Shown: positions 1-13,170 of the stretch, piece by piece
Layout of the letters: every line of letters begins with the position of its first letter
How positions within the stretch are numbered: position 1 is the first letter of the stretch
Assembly (NCBI RefSeq): GCF_036321535.1
Contig: NC_087436.1
Span: forward strand, 41,914,001-41,978,000
DNA length: 64,000 bases
Direction of reading: 5' to 3'
Source of the DNA: Camelus dromedarius
Lineage: Eukaryota
Notes under the pieces: generated by a model
Told to the model about the DNA's origin: nothing
Database searches by the model: none
What the model saw: only the letters and a program-made list of their open reading frames with translations
Position numbers and translations under genes: made by a program

Positions 1-721
1 ATTTTTACACTGGCTTCACACCTTGTCATCTGAATGTTTTACTACACATTCCTTTAGGAAATAAAATGTCTTCCTTTCAAAGGAGTGACTTAGGTGGCAA
101 GGAAAAATCAAATCCTTGTGTGGTGTTGTCCAAACTAACCTTCATGGTGTGTAAGGATTCACAGCCTGAATGGAGTTAAGATGATACTGGGAATTTACCT
201 GTGTTTAGGGAAGGAAGAAATGGCTATGGAGGGAGTGCTCTGGAGAAAAGAGTATTGTATGTAGCAATGTTTCATGCAGAAAAATATTATGTGGCTCTTT
301 ATATGGATGATATGTTTGGTGGATAAAACAAAGAAGAAAAATATGTATGTTGAAAAAAATGCCCTTAATGTAATTGAATTCCATAGAATTTGAAAGTGAC
401 ATTAAGCAAAGAAAATACTTAGTAATCTATCCTTGCTTTTCCTATAATAGTTTGCTGAAGTTTTAAAAAGCTAATTTGCTTTCTTAAATAGAATGTTCTC
501 CCTTAATGACAATTAGTAATATTTGACAACCTTTAAGTGTTTGTTCTGTTTGAGTGACTTAATTGTAATAGAAACTGTTTCATACTTAAACATCAAGTAA
601 CTAATTGAGCAATAAAATTCATTTCAAAAGCACAATAAATCCCTAGGTTCTGTTAAAGAAAAACGATTTCTTAATTTTAAGATCTCTCATTTTTTTCCAA
701 AACTACTCTGAAGTCTGATTC

Positions 722-945
722 TGATAGTTAGCAATATTTTGTAGTATATTTGAAACTTGCTTAGAGAATAGATCTTAAAAGTTCTCATCACAAGAAAGAA
801 AAATTGTAAGTATGTGAGGTGATGAATAGTCAGTAAACTTGTGGTAATCATTTTGCGATATATACATATATCAAATCATTATATTATACACCTTAAACTA
901 ATACAGTGTTACATTCAATTTTATCTCAATAACATTGGAATAAAT
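722..945 (+). mobile_element. L1 3' end fragment (L1MA9-like)
   Basis: gatcttaaaagttctcatcacaag...gtgaggtgatg...tacaccttaaac...tatctcaataa, typical of an old L1 3'UTR. Confidence 0.75.
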
Positions 946-956
946 TAATATATTCA

Positions 957-1427
957 TGTATTAGTCAGGGTTCTCAAGAGAAACACAATCAATAAGAGAT
1001 AGAGATAGAGACAGGGAGATTGATTTATTATAAGGGATTGGGTCACATGATTATGGAGGCTGGGAAGTCCCATAATCTGAAGACCCTGGAGGGCTGATGG
1101 TGTAAGATCCAATCTGAAAGCCAGAAAGCTCAAGATCCAGAAAGTGCTGCCTTTTCATTTTAGTCTACAGGCAAGAAAAGACTGATGCCCCAGCTCAAAC
1201 TGTCAGATAGGAGGAGTTCCCTCTTACTCAGCCTTTTTCTCCATTTAAATCTTCAATTGACTAAATGAGGCCAACCCATATTAGGGAAGGCAGTCTTCTT
1301 TACTCAGTCTCCCAATTCAGGTATCAGTCTCATCCAGAAACACCCTCACAGACTCCCCTAGGATAACATCTGAACAAATGTCTGGGTATCCTGTGGTCCA
1401 GGCAAGTTGACAGATAAAATTAACACA
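957..1427 (-). mobile_element. ERVL solo LTR, MLT2 family
   Basis: Termini tgtattagtcagggttctc...gttgacagataaaattaacaca are the reverse complement of the MLT2 consensus ends. Confidence 0.85.
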
Positions 1428-1449
1428 AGGAATTTCAGTTAATTGAGTT

Positions 1450-2640
1450 ATTCATTCAATAAATGTTTGAGACCCCACACTAAGTATGGTAAAGTGGTAG
1501 CAGATACAAATATAATGGACTATTCTTAAGTCCAACTGGAAGTATAATGCATCCATAATTTACTTATGGTAGAATGTCATTAAATGGTGTAAATAATGTA
1601 CTCAAGGCAGGACTTTAAGTGCAGTCCATGTGGCTGAGCTGTTAGTTCAAGCTGGTTGGCTGGGGAGGTAGGAGAGGCATCATTTAGGCTTAGAGGAGAA
1701 ACCAATATTTGCTCTAGGCTTTGAATAATAAATTCAACTCGAATAGGTGAATATGAAAGTTGAGCAGAATGTCATTTCCCATGGAAGATGGAACACAGAT
1801 GATGTACACAGAAAAATTTCCCCATTGGAGCTTCATTTAATATGATGTGGACTTGGATGGCAGAAGGACAACTCTGGGAGGTAGGCTCGGAAAATGACAC
1901 GGGAGACACATTTGAGAGGATTCTGTGTGTCAGACAATAGCATTTGTATAAGCTACAGTATATAATATGTAGCCACTGACTATTTTTGACTGGGCTAACA
2001 TTGACAATGGTCTAGTACTGGGTAGGTAAGAGTCTGGAGTAGCTGGAGGCAATGAAAAGATTAAAAAGTGGATCATGAGAGGAAAACTCTTGAAGACACA
2101 GTAGGTGGCAGATGTTGAGAGACTGGAGCATGACCTTGATTGGTTTTAGCCTTGGGAAAAACATTAGAAATGATTGCAGCGTTAGAGGAAATCAGAACAC
2201 TGGAAGGAGTCTGATTTTGAAATGGAGACGGATTAAATTTTAGATATACTGAACTTGAGGTGATGGAAGACATTTGACTTGAGAAGTTCCTTAGGCAATT
2301 AGCAAATGGACTGTGACTCAGGAAAGAGTTCCAAGCTAGATGTGTATTTAATGGGCATATGTAATATGGTGATAGTTAAAATAATTTTATTTTAAAAGTA
2401 TATAAATTTCATAGGAGTGAAAGAAGTAAGTATGAGGCTTAGGAATTACTCTACATTGAAAGATAAGGAAAGCCACTGCAATAGAAAAGATAGGAGTAAT
2501 AGAAGAAGCCTACCCAGTTTAATAAATCCTATCATAAAAAGACAGAATTTGTAAAATGTGATCAAAGAAAATAAAGACTGAGAAAAAGATCTATTCTGCA
2601 ATTAGATTTTCTTAGTAGAAATTTATGATAGTGCTGATTC
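1450..2640 (-). mobile_element. Degraded L2 LINE
   Basis: attcattcaataaatgtttga L2 tail, followed by purine-rich L2-like sequence (agagtctggagtagctggag, cttgaggtgatggaagacattt, aaataaagactgagaa). Confidence 0.6.
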
Positions 2641-3537
2641 TAGCTAAATTATTGGAAAGAAAGGAATAAATGTAGCTTGTTTTTCAAAGACGCTTGCCAA
2701 TAAAAGGACAGATGGAATAATACTGAGGGAGCAAAAAAATTTTGGTGTCTTTTTTTCCAGAGAGGGATTTTTTTTTGTGTTCTTTATACATTTAAGTACA
2801 GTTTAGAAAAGGCAAAAAAGAAAAGTCACAAGTTAGAGGTAGAAAATTCTGTTAATTGAGTTATTCATGAAGTGCTTGATCACTTGGCAAAGTTAGCATA
2901 GTCAGCAAAATCAGTTATGGTGTTGAGAAGATATTTACATCAACCTTTACATTACAGGAATTATAATTTATTTTAAGTTATATTCTTTATCTTCAGAACC
3001 ATAGAGCAAGCACTTACTCCAATATAAAATATTTATTTTACTTATTTAGGTGAAGAAATTCCAGTAAGAAAAAAGAGCAAGTGAGGTCACTTAAACTATG
3101 GTGTTGGGATGATAGTTTTATTTTGTAACCATCAAATAACAGCATTGATTTAGAGTGACATTGAGCCATAACATCAGGTTGTGAAAATTTAAGATGCCAG
3201 TTCAATTTCCCATCAGATAACCCAGCCGTTTATAAGTGAAAGCTCCCATATATCAGTGATAAACGTTAAAAAAAGATGTTTTTCTGGTTGTAAAAAATGG
3301 CCTCAGGAATACCTGGCTTTAACAGGCATAATATCTAGATTGTAAAATTGATAAATTATCATTTGTTTTATGGTGATAGCACTGACGGTTAGAATCAATT
3401 GTTGCCTCCCTATTGGTTTGTATTTTTTTGTTTGTTTTATTTTGTTTTCTGAAATGATGGATTAGGTCTAAGACTCTAGTACTCATTTTAGGTGGTCATT
3501 AAATCCTCCTTTCACTTCTCCACCCACTTCTGGCATA

Positions 3538-3557
3538 GGCACACACACAGAGGCACA

Positions 3558-3598
<41 letters not shown>

Positions 3599-3641
3599 AC
3601 ACAGAGACATACACACAAACACAGACACAGACACAGACACA
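3538..3641. repeat. Compound (CA)n/(CAGACA)n microsatellite
   Basis: Directly visible. It explains the THTHTH ORF at 3492-3725. Confidence 0.95.
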
Positions 3642-4989
3642 GAAACTCTTTCTCTCTTTTTCATTTTGCTATTTATGTATCCTGCTTGTAAAGTCTTTCA
3701 TGAATTATTACAATTCTTCTATTAAAATTAACAAACTATGTGTTTTTGAATGTAGACATGAAAAGTTAACAACTGGTCTATGTATCTGCAACACTCTTCC
3801 TGTAGGGCCATGTAACTATTATAAGATAAATATGTTATTTTGTATTTCTGTTATTAGAGGTTGGGTTTCAGGTGAAATAGAATCCTTTTGCCTTAGGAAG
3901 ATATATTGGAATATAAAATAAAGTAACTTCTGCAGTTCTTCAGAGAGATAAGATATTTTTAAATAAATTATAGATATTGTATTACTTATGATTTGGAGAT
4001 AAGTAGACCTTAAAGAAATAGATTTTTGTTGTCTATTATTACTTGATATTGCTATTTCTCTAACACATTAAATACTTAAGAAAAGGGGTGTCTAAGTTGA
4101 CAGCAGTAGATCTTATAAGAAATGTCAGTTCATAAAACTATCAATCATTTTAGAAAAGCAAGTACACATGGAGATTGAAGCATGGAAAAAAAAAGTGATG
4201 CTTTAGTGTCGGTTGGAAACTGTTATAAAAGTAGAAAGTTTGATGGTGCATGAAGTATAATGAAAGGTTAAGAGAGAGAGTTGAATGGTGTATCTGAAGG
4301 GATAAGTGATAAGACTTTTCTCAGAGTGTAGAAATCAGATAAGCACCAGGGTGGCATGACAGCTGTGCAGTGAGGTTAAGGGAATTGTTTAGATACCAGT
4401 AGACACGTGACATAGAGATGAATGGAAACTATTCAACAGACGAGTCATATAGTGGGGTAAGATAAGCACGTTATGTCTGACTGCTAAACTTCTGAAGGCA
4501 AACTGAATGTAAATATCATGGATGATTTTATTATTTTTCTGTGTTTTACTTGTCAGTGGCGAGTTGCCCCATATTGTGGTGACTGCTGGAAAGGAAAGGC
4601 ACTGCAATTAAATTGCATAAGAAAACTAAACTATCATCAATGGGAAAAAAACCCTACAACACAGGCTTCTTTGATTACCAATGTTCGTATTATCCAATTC
4701 TGAGCTAGTGATAAACGTCAGCATTTTATTTAATCAAATGTTGCTGAATGGTTGCTAAGTTTTCTTAAGCAAAGTTTCATCTCTTATTTTAACTGAGCAA
4801 AGTGCATAGCAGCTTTATTTTTAGACACAATTTAAAAGAAATTTAGATTGTGTTTTAAAGAATGAAGAGTTTATATACAAACTGTCTTTTATATCATCTG
4901 AAATTCCAAGTCTGTATTCAGACAACCATTTAAGATACCGAAATCACAGGGAGCCATTTGACAAAATGAAGTTACAGATATCAAGAGCT

Positions 4990-7930
4990 CTATCTATCTT
5001 ATGTTAATTGGAGTGACAGAAGAAGAGACTAAATAAGGAAGGCAAAATATTTTAAGATATAATGGCTGAGAATATTCCAAGAATATTCCAAAATTGATGA
5101 AAGATATTAACATCATATTCAAGAAATCAGGCAAAAAACAAGAAAAAAAATACAAAAAAAGAAAGAAAGAAAGGAAAAAAAATCTCACTTAGGCACATTA
5201 TGTCCAAGCTACAGAAAACCAAAGTAAAGGAGAAAATCCAAAAGAAGCATACATATAGGGGAGCAACTATACAAATCATGGCTGACTTACCAGAAATAAA
5301 AGGCTTGAAGACATTGAAAGACATCTTTAAAATGCCTAAAGAGAAAAATAAAACCTGTGTATTAGTCTACTTGAGCCACCATAACAAATTACCATAAGTT
5401 GGGTGGCTAATGCAACAGAGATTTATTTCTCACAGTTCTGGAAACTGCGAAGTCCAAAATCCAGGTGAAGGTTGATTCACTTCCTGGTGAGACCTTTCTT
5501 CCCGGCTTGCAGATGGCTGTCTCCTTGCTGTGTCCTCACACAGCCTTTCCTAGGTGCCTGTATGCAGAGAGAGTGATCTTTCTCTCTCTTCCTCTTATTA
5601 TAAAGCCACTAATCCCATGTGACAGCCCCACCTTCATGGACTTCTCTAACCTGTGTTACCTCCTAAAGGCCACATCTCCAAATGTAATGTTGAGGATGAA
5701 GGCTTCAGCATATGAATTTTGAGGGACACAAACATTCAGTCCACTCTTTCTCTGGCTTCCCAGAGTTCATGTCCTTCTCACGTGCAAAATACGTTCATTC
5801 TATCCCAACAGCTCCCCAGATCTTAACTCATTCCAGCATAAAGTCTGAAGTCAAAGTTTTATCTAAATGTCATCTAAGTCAGACATAGTGAGACTTGCAA
5901 TACAGCTCATCTTAAGGCAGAATTCCTGTCCAGCTGTGAACTTGTAAAACTGGAGAAGTGTTTTGAAAACACAATGTTGGGGCAGGCATAAGTAGACATT
6001 CCCATTCCAAAAGGGAGAAATAGCTAAGAAGGAAAGGGTGACAGGTCCCAAATAAGTCCAGTCCAAAACCTAGCAAGGCAAATTCCATCAGATCTTATGC
6101 TCAAGAATAATCCTCTATACAGTCTCTGAAATAAATTGTCTTGGAAAAAACGAATATCCACATGCAAAAGATTTCACCAGACTGTCCATGTTTCTAGTAT
6201 GTATCTGAAAAATCCTCCAGTTTCTACCCATTACCCGTTCCAAAATTGCCTCTATACTTCTAAGTTTTTGTTACAGTAGCACCCTACTTCTCAATAAAAA
6301 ATCTGCATTTGTTTGTTCAAGCTGCCCTAGCAAAGCACTATAGATGGTGGATTAAGCATCAGATTTATTTCTCACCGTGTTGAAAGCTGGAAACTCTAAG
6401 ATCAAACTGCTAGCTGATTTTTTCCCTGGATTTAAGAGAGCTGACTTTTGCTACATCTTCACATGCCTTTTCCTGAATGTAGAAATACAGAGAGGTATCT
6501 CTTTCCACTAATCCCATCATGAAGACCCCACAGTTATTACCTAATCTAACTCTAATGACCTCCCAAAGGACACATGTCCAAATACCACACACTGGGAGTT
6601 ACGGCTTCAACATATGAATTTAGGGGGGATACAAACATGTAGTCCATAACAATCTGAGACTTAGAGTCCTGTACCCTGTAAATATATTCTTCAAAAATCA
6701 AGGTGAAATAACATTTGAGATAAAATGAAAATTGAAAGGGTTTGTTTTCAATACATATAACCTATGAGAAATGGTAAAAAGATGTTCTTAAATCGGAAGT
6801 GAAATAATGCCACATAAAAGCCAGTATCTGCAGGAAGCAATTAAGAACACCAATAAGAGATTAATATTATTGATGTCTTTATGTTCTGTACATACAGAAT
6901 TTAATTTTTTAAAAGCCTATTAACTGTTTAAAGTGACAGAAATAGCAATGTATTTTGGAATTCACAGCATATGTATCAGTAAAATATATGCCAAGAGCAC
7001 AGAGAAAATAATTACAGGATTGTAGTATTGTAAGGCCCTTACATTGTCAGCGAAGTAGTATATTATTTGAATATATACTGTAATGCCTTAAAGATACATA
7101 TTATAATATTTAAAGCATTTAAAAATTACTATAGCTAAAAAGTCAAAAGAGGGGAATGACTAGAACATGAAATGTTCCATTTACCCAAAAGAATGCTTAA
7201 ATGGAAGAATAAAGGACAAAAATAAACGTATGAGACACACCGAAAATAAACACTGAGACGGTTGATGTAAAACATAACCGTATCAGTAATTATTTAAATT
7301 TAAGTGATTCAGACTCCAGTTAAAAGACAGAATATAACATTGATGCAAGCTCCAACTCTATGCTATTTATAGGAAACTCATTTTAACTATCAAGAGTAAA
7401 AGTGAAAGGGTAGAAAAAATAGAGGCATGAAAGCATAAAGCAAAGAAAGCCAGTATGTACAGATTAATAGCAGACAATAAAATTCAGCATAAATAGTGCC
7501 ACCAGATATGAACAGTGATTTTCATAATAATGAGAGGGCCAATTCATCAAGAAAAAGACATACTAATCCTAAACATGTACACAACTGATAATGAAGTTGC
7601 AAAATACATAATGGCTGTATTATTAAAATAATGATAAAACAGACAAATCCATAACCATAGATGGAGATTTTTAAGACTCCTCTTTCAGTACTTGACAGAA
7701 AAAGTAATAAAAATTTAGCAAAGATGCAGAAGACTTGAATAATGCTAGCAACAAAAGTGACCTAATTGGTATCTATAGAACATTATAGCAAAGAACCATG
7801 TAAATATGCAAAACATTTTACATTGAAAACCACAAAACATCACTTAGAGAAATTAAAGACCTAAAAAAGTAGGAATATACAAGTTCTTGGATTGGAAGAA
7901 TTTACATTGTTATGATGTCTGTTCCTGCAA
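4990..7930 (+). mobile_element. Old L1M (ORF1 to endonuclease region, then a jump to the RT region), interrupted by a MaLR at 5358-6651
   Basis: ORF1-like taattggagt...ataatggctgagaa...aaattgatgaaaga before the MaLR. It resumes with atattcttcaaaaatcaaggtgaaata, then EN-like actatatgc/gggccaattcatcaagaa/atctatagaaca, then RT-like ttcttggattggaagaatttacattgtta. Confidence 0.8.
5358..6651 (-). mobile_element. Two-LTR MaLR element (MLT1A/MST-like) with an internally deleted body
   Basis: LTRs at about 5358-5743 and 6303-6651 share gatttatttctcac...catatgaattt...acaaacat. MaLR-internal sequence lies between them. Candidate 5-bp TSD acctg (5353-5357) / atctg (6652-6656). Confidence 0.85.
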
Positions 7931-10589
7931 TTTTCCACTTCTCAACAGATTCTTAGCATGTATGCTTCTTGCTTGTTGATATCTGTAAGAATCATGAAGC
8001 TGAGACTCTATAACTTATATTCACTTTAAAAGTGAAAGTATAAAGTACCCTAGTATAATGTGACACAAAAGAGTAAATCGTCATCTGACAGGGTGAAAGG
8101 AAGACAGAAAGAGCATACGACAGAACTATTTCTTGAAGAGTTAATACTAGTTTGGTGTCCATACAGATATTTTAACAAATGATTTTGGAGATGACAGTCC
8201 AACTGCAAAAGTCTTCTCCAATTCAGTTCCCTCTCTTGTTTAATTACCTGTTTTCAATGAACTCGTTCTCAAAATTTTAAAGAGAGCACAGCACATTACC
8301 GACACTGTGCTATATATCAATAACTCATTTGTCCAGAACAGCTATTTCAGAAGCAAGTGAGTGGTTAATTCAGTGAGTTTTATGAGGAGTTTTTTTCCCC
8401 CAGAAATACTTATTGGAAGGTTACTCTAGTAAATTATTTAGTAAAGCACTGAAAGATCAGGGAAATTGCTGTGACCTCATCTCAAAACATTTGAAGCTCT
8501 GCAGTTTATGGGAGGGCTAATAGGCAGATTGTATCAACCTCAGAAAACACAGTGCGCCGTCTGACATCCACACGAGTGAGTGCAAGTGTGTGTGATTGCT
8601 TTAGGCAAGAGCAATGGCAATCCGCTGTGTTAACTATAGTATGTGTGTGATATTTTTTGGTCCAATATCATAAAATAAGCTATTTGTAAATCCTATAAAG
8701 CCGTGCCTGTGTCTTTCAAAGACTATCACATATGTCACTGCCACATACTATTGCCAAATAAATATAGAAGATAAATGAAGTTGAGGCAAGTGCAACAACT
8801 TCTACTCAAGATTACCATCTAAAATTTTAGTTGAAATCTGGAAGAAATCTTGAGTAAACTATGAGTCTAGGTAAAGGAAAAATCTTCTAAAATATTGAAT
8901 TTATGGAGCTAGACTTAGACAGTCCATGAATTTACTCAAAAGAGAACTACAAAATCATCTCATCACAACAGGCTATGAATAAAAGTCATTGGTAACCGTA
9001 TGGCAATAAGGAAAAGACAAATGGTATATTTATGACATAATAGTTTTTATTATGCTGTCTTGAAATATATTACATTTGATGTGTGTATGACGAAAATTGT
9101 ATAGTGAAAATGTCCCCATCTCGTCCATCCAGAAGGATCTATAAGAGTTTATCATATCTTTGAGGCTATTCTTAAGGCCAACTCAGAGATTCCCTTCTGG
9201 ATCAGAAATCCTAGAAAAAACATACTAAACTCTAGGTCACTCCCTAGTTCTGTAAATACAGTCAACAACTATTTAGTGAAAAATGAATAGAAAAAGTGAT
9301 AAATGAATTATTATTCTTTTTAGGCAATGTAGCACCAAACATATAATAGGTATTCAATAAATGTTCATAGAGTTAGTAATAAGACTTTAAAATATTAAAT
9401 TTTAGCAATTAAATTAAATATAAACAATTTAAAATTAAAGAATCAAGTCCTTGTTAAAATTAGAAGGAAAATTCCCCCATTATGGTAAGACTGAAAAATG
9501 TTCAACCTTGTCAATTCAACTATATTTCAGTTTGATCACCTGCAAATTAAGTTAGTTACAGCTTAATTTTCCTATGAAAGAGGTTAAACTATTTTTCACT
9601 TTTTCTCCTATCACCAATTTAGAGACAATCCTAGGAATTCTTTGCCCAATTAGTCCTGAAAAGGATGAAACATTAAGTACTGAGGAAATACCATACATGT
9701 CATATATAACTCACCAAACTAATACATCTGTTATAGTAGAATAACTTCCTATTATAGGTTCAAATGGTACTGTGATTTGGGGGTGACTGAGAAGGGGCAG
9801 TTAGTGTGACGAGCAGCAAGATGAAGATACATTTATACCAACTCCATGCTCAAGGCCAGTTTAGTTTACGGAATGACAGATAGCTATGCGGTTTGTCTGC
9901 CACAGCTCAGAAAGCCTCCTGTTGTACTCAGCGCGCGTAATGCACTCAAAGCTTAGGGGCTGGGGAATAGAGTATTACCAAGTGTCAGCCACAAAAGCAG
10001 TTGGCAAAGGCCTTTTACCTCCCAAAGGAATGAAAACTGAACTGTACTATTTGGACGACTCTTTTTCTAGATCTCCACTGAAAATTCTTTTATCTTTATT
10101 GTTTTCATAATTAATAAGTAATACAAATTTAAAGCCAAAACATGTATTAATATTGAAGGGTGATCATGATAAAACACCTCTAATTATTTGTGTTTGTTTT
10201 AATGGGCTGTGGCATTGTAGTAGTACAAGTGATTGATGTTTACCTCACTGTTTATATTTTAAATTTGAATTATTTTATTTTTGGCTACTTAATTTAAACA
10301 ATTAAAATTTAGGAGATTAGATCCATGTAGATAAGCAAAGGGCAGGACATTTATTTAATTTTGAGAAGTAAAGACAGCCATTGGTCAGTAAGTAAGGAGA
10401 GAGAAGGTCATTGCTGTAACAGGCCACCCAGTAGTCTAGGGACACACAGATCCGAGTCTCCTCATTCAGCCACTTACTGACCATGTGAACAGGCAAAATC
10501 CACTTAAACATTTTGTGCTTCACTTTATTTATAAAATTATTATAAAATAATTAATATTTATTAAATCCTAGTATCAATTCTATAACTCC

Positions 10590-10760
10590 CTTTACATCAT
10601 AATATAGTAACCTCACAATTTAAGGTAGAAGTTATCTATTTGTTCTTTAACAGAAGAGGAGCAGACCACAGAGACATTGCATGATGAAAGCACCTAAATG
10701 CTGGAGCAGGATTCAAACCTCTCTCTGCCCATGCTCTTTCCTGTTGACAGTGCTGTCTTC
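10590..10760 (-). mobile_element. MIR SINE fragment
   Basis: cctcacaat...aggtag...acagaagaggag...gagcaggattcaaacc. Confidence 0.55.
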
Positions 10761-11079
10761 AGGGATAGCAATAATATGTGTCTGGGGAAGTGCACACAAC
10801 GAATATAAAAGTAAGTTGATTTTATGAAGCAAATTGAAAATTGTAAACCGTTATTGAAAACTGGACACCTTTTAAACATTACTATTAAGTACTGCCCAAT
10901 GCTATGTTGCTGGATGCTGTAAAAATAAAATATGCTACATGATTTCAACCCTGAAGGAGTTTACGATATTATATACAGTCAAGACTAACACACTAGTGAA
11001 AAAATAGCTAGTGAAAACACTGGTAAAGATATAACTAAATTCTAATATGGGGCCCCAGTAAAAGTTACCTAATATACAC

Positions 11080-11490
11080 AGTTGTTTTTTGGCGATCAAA
11101 CAGGGTAAGACTCTGGTTATCTTAGGCAAAGTCAGTTGGTTGGAAGCTATATGATAATTCACGTTTTATTAAAAGGTTGGGGGGGTGAAAAAACAGTTTT
11201 CAAAACAGGGAGCATGACTGATAGTCTAGGTGGGGGAAAGTAATGGCCATACTTTCTACAGCATCTCTTTAATAAGTCAATCAGATCTAACCGTCTGTCT
11301 ATAGGTCACTCCACTGAATAATTAAAATCCTGGAAAAGACAGCCTGATTAGTCTAGTTTGACTGCGTGCTCACTTCTTAGGTAAAGCTGAGCAGGCATTA
11401 AGAATCTCACTAAGACCTCATACAATGGAGGAAAATTAAGGTGCTGTTACCAGTACAAAGGAAATGAATAATTGACAGGGAAAATAAAAA
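11080..11490 (-). mobile_element. Old MaLR LTR (MLT1J/K/L-like)
   Basis: actctggttatcttaggcaaa...cctgattagtctag...aaggtgctgttaccag...ggaaatgaat. Confidence 0.5.
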
Positions 11491-12734
11491 TGACCGCTTT
11501 AAGGAGAAAATCAAATATTATGATGGGTGGAGGATTTCAATGAAATCTTCAGGAAAGATGTAGATCCTGAGAGATAAATAGGATTTGAACACATGGATGC
11601 AGAAAAATCTTTCAGAAGTGGAAGAATTTTTGCATAAAAATTAGTATCATATCAAGTCTTTGGACAATGAAGACAGATTTTTAAGTTTCTGCTTCAAGGA
11701 ATCTGGGGACTGTTTTGTTTTACTTTGCTTTCTTTTTAAAATGATTGGCAAGCCACTTGGAACTGTGCTTAAACAAAGTTCTCACTGCATACGTAGAAGG
11801 GAGCTAAAACATCTTAATATCCTTTGTATCTTTGTGATTTATCATCATGAGTTGATTAATGGAAATATCGGATTTCTTAGCAGACTTCTAAGAAGCTCAT
11901 ATTCCCATGAGGCAATATATAAGAGAAATGAAAGATTAAATTCTTGGGAAATCAGGTAAAATGTTAAAATGAAGATACTTGATTTCCCTACATTGTCTGT
12001 AATTTATATCAGTTAACTTTACCCTAATTTTATCATTCTTTTGATTTGGCATAATAGTCAAATCAATTCCCATTCAATGCCAGATGATCTAGCTGCCATG
12101 ATATTTCAGAGCAAATTGAATTGATAAACATAGCTTTTAAACAATTATAAGATTTAGTATTTTAAAACATACTTTTATATTCCATTACATTCCAACGTAG
12201 AATGACAGATGTTAGTGACTGCTGATAAAAAAAAGTCAGAAGCGTATACTAATTGCAGATTTTGAATACATTCTAGAAAGATGGTAATGTTGGCACAAAC
12301 TAAAATTGGCAAAGTGAGAATTGATAAGTATAGGTCTTTTAATTGATCACCTTCACTAAGGGACTTCCAAACATGTCAATTTCAGGCTTACTAAATATCT
12401 CATTGAGACTGTGAGGTATTATACACTTCCTGTCCTTACTATATTTTTTCCCCTACTGCAGCCCATATTTCAGAATAATCTTCCTGGAAAACCTCTATGG
12501 TTACCAGGTGCCTAAAAAATAACTTCCAACTTCTTAGCAAGAAAAGAACGGAAAGAACACTCAGAATGTTTTACCATTCTGTGAACAAGCTAGGACCTTT
12601 GATAAGTCTGTCCTTCTGTGTTTTTTCTTAGGCTTTAAATCTTCTCCATTTGAGAATGTCAGGTATCCAGTAAGTTTAGTTAAATGAATGCACATCCAGA
12701 TAACATTTGTGATAAAGGTTTTAATTTATCATAA

Positions 12735-12940
12735 TATTAATCATCTTTATTGAGCACTTTCTTTGTGCCTGGAAGCAATTCTAAGCACTTTCTATGTAAC
12801 ATCGCAATTACTGCTCACGAGAAACTACTGAATAAATGCAAATATTAGTCCCATTTTACAGATGATGGAATTAATAAATAAATAAAAATCCAAATGGTCA
12901 CACACCAGTGCTGAGCAAACCAGGATTCATAATCCAGAGA
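12735..12940 (-). mobile_element. MIR SINE
   Basis: tttattgagcactttctttgtgcc...cccattttacagatgatggaa...ccaggattca. Confidence 0.8.
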
Positions 12941-12971
12941 TTCTACAAGGGATCTAAAGCAAGACCATCTA

Positions 12972-13170
12972 TGATTAAATCTAGCCTTTGCCTTACACCA
13001 GCTGTTTTACTTTAAGCGATATTCTTAACCTCTCTGAGCCACAGTTTCATCATCTGTAAAATGAAGCAATAGTATCATGTGCCCAATTGGTACGATTAAA
13101 TGAGTTAATATGCATATACTGCTTACAACAGTGCTTAATAAATGCTCAGTAGAGGTTAGTTTTTTTATTA
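12972..13170 (+). mobile_element. MIR SINE
   Basis: cttaacctctctgagccacagtttcatcatctgtaaaatga...gattaaatgagttaat...aaatgctcagta. Confidence 0.85.
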
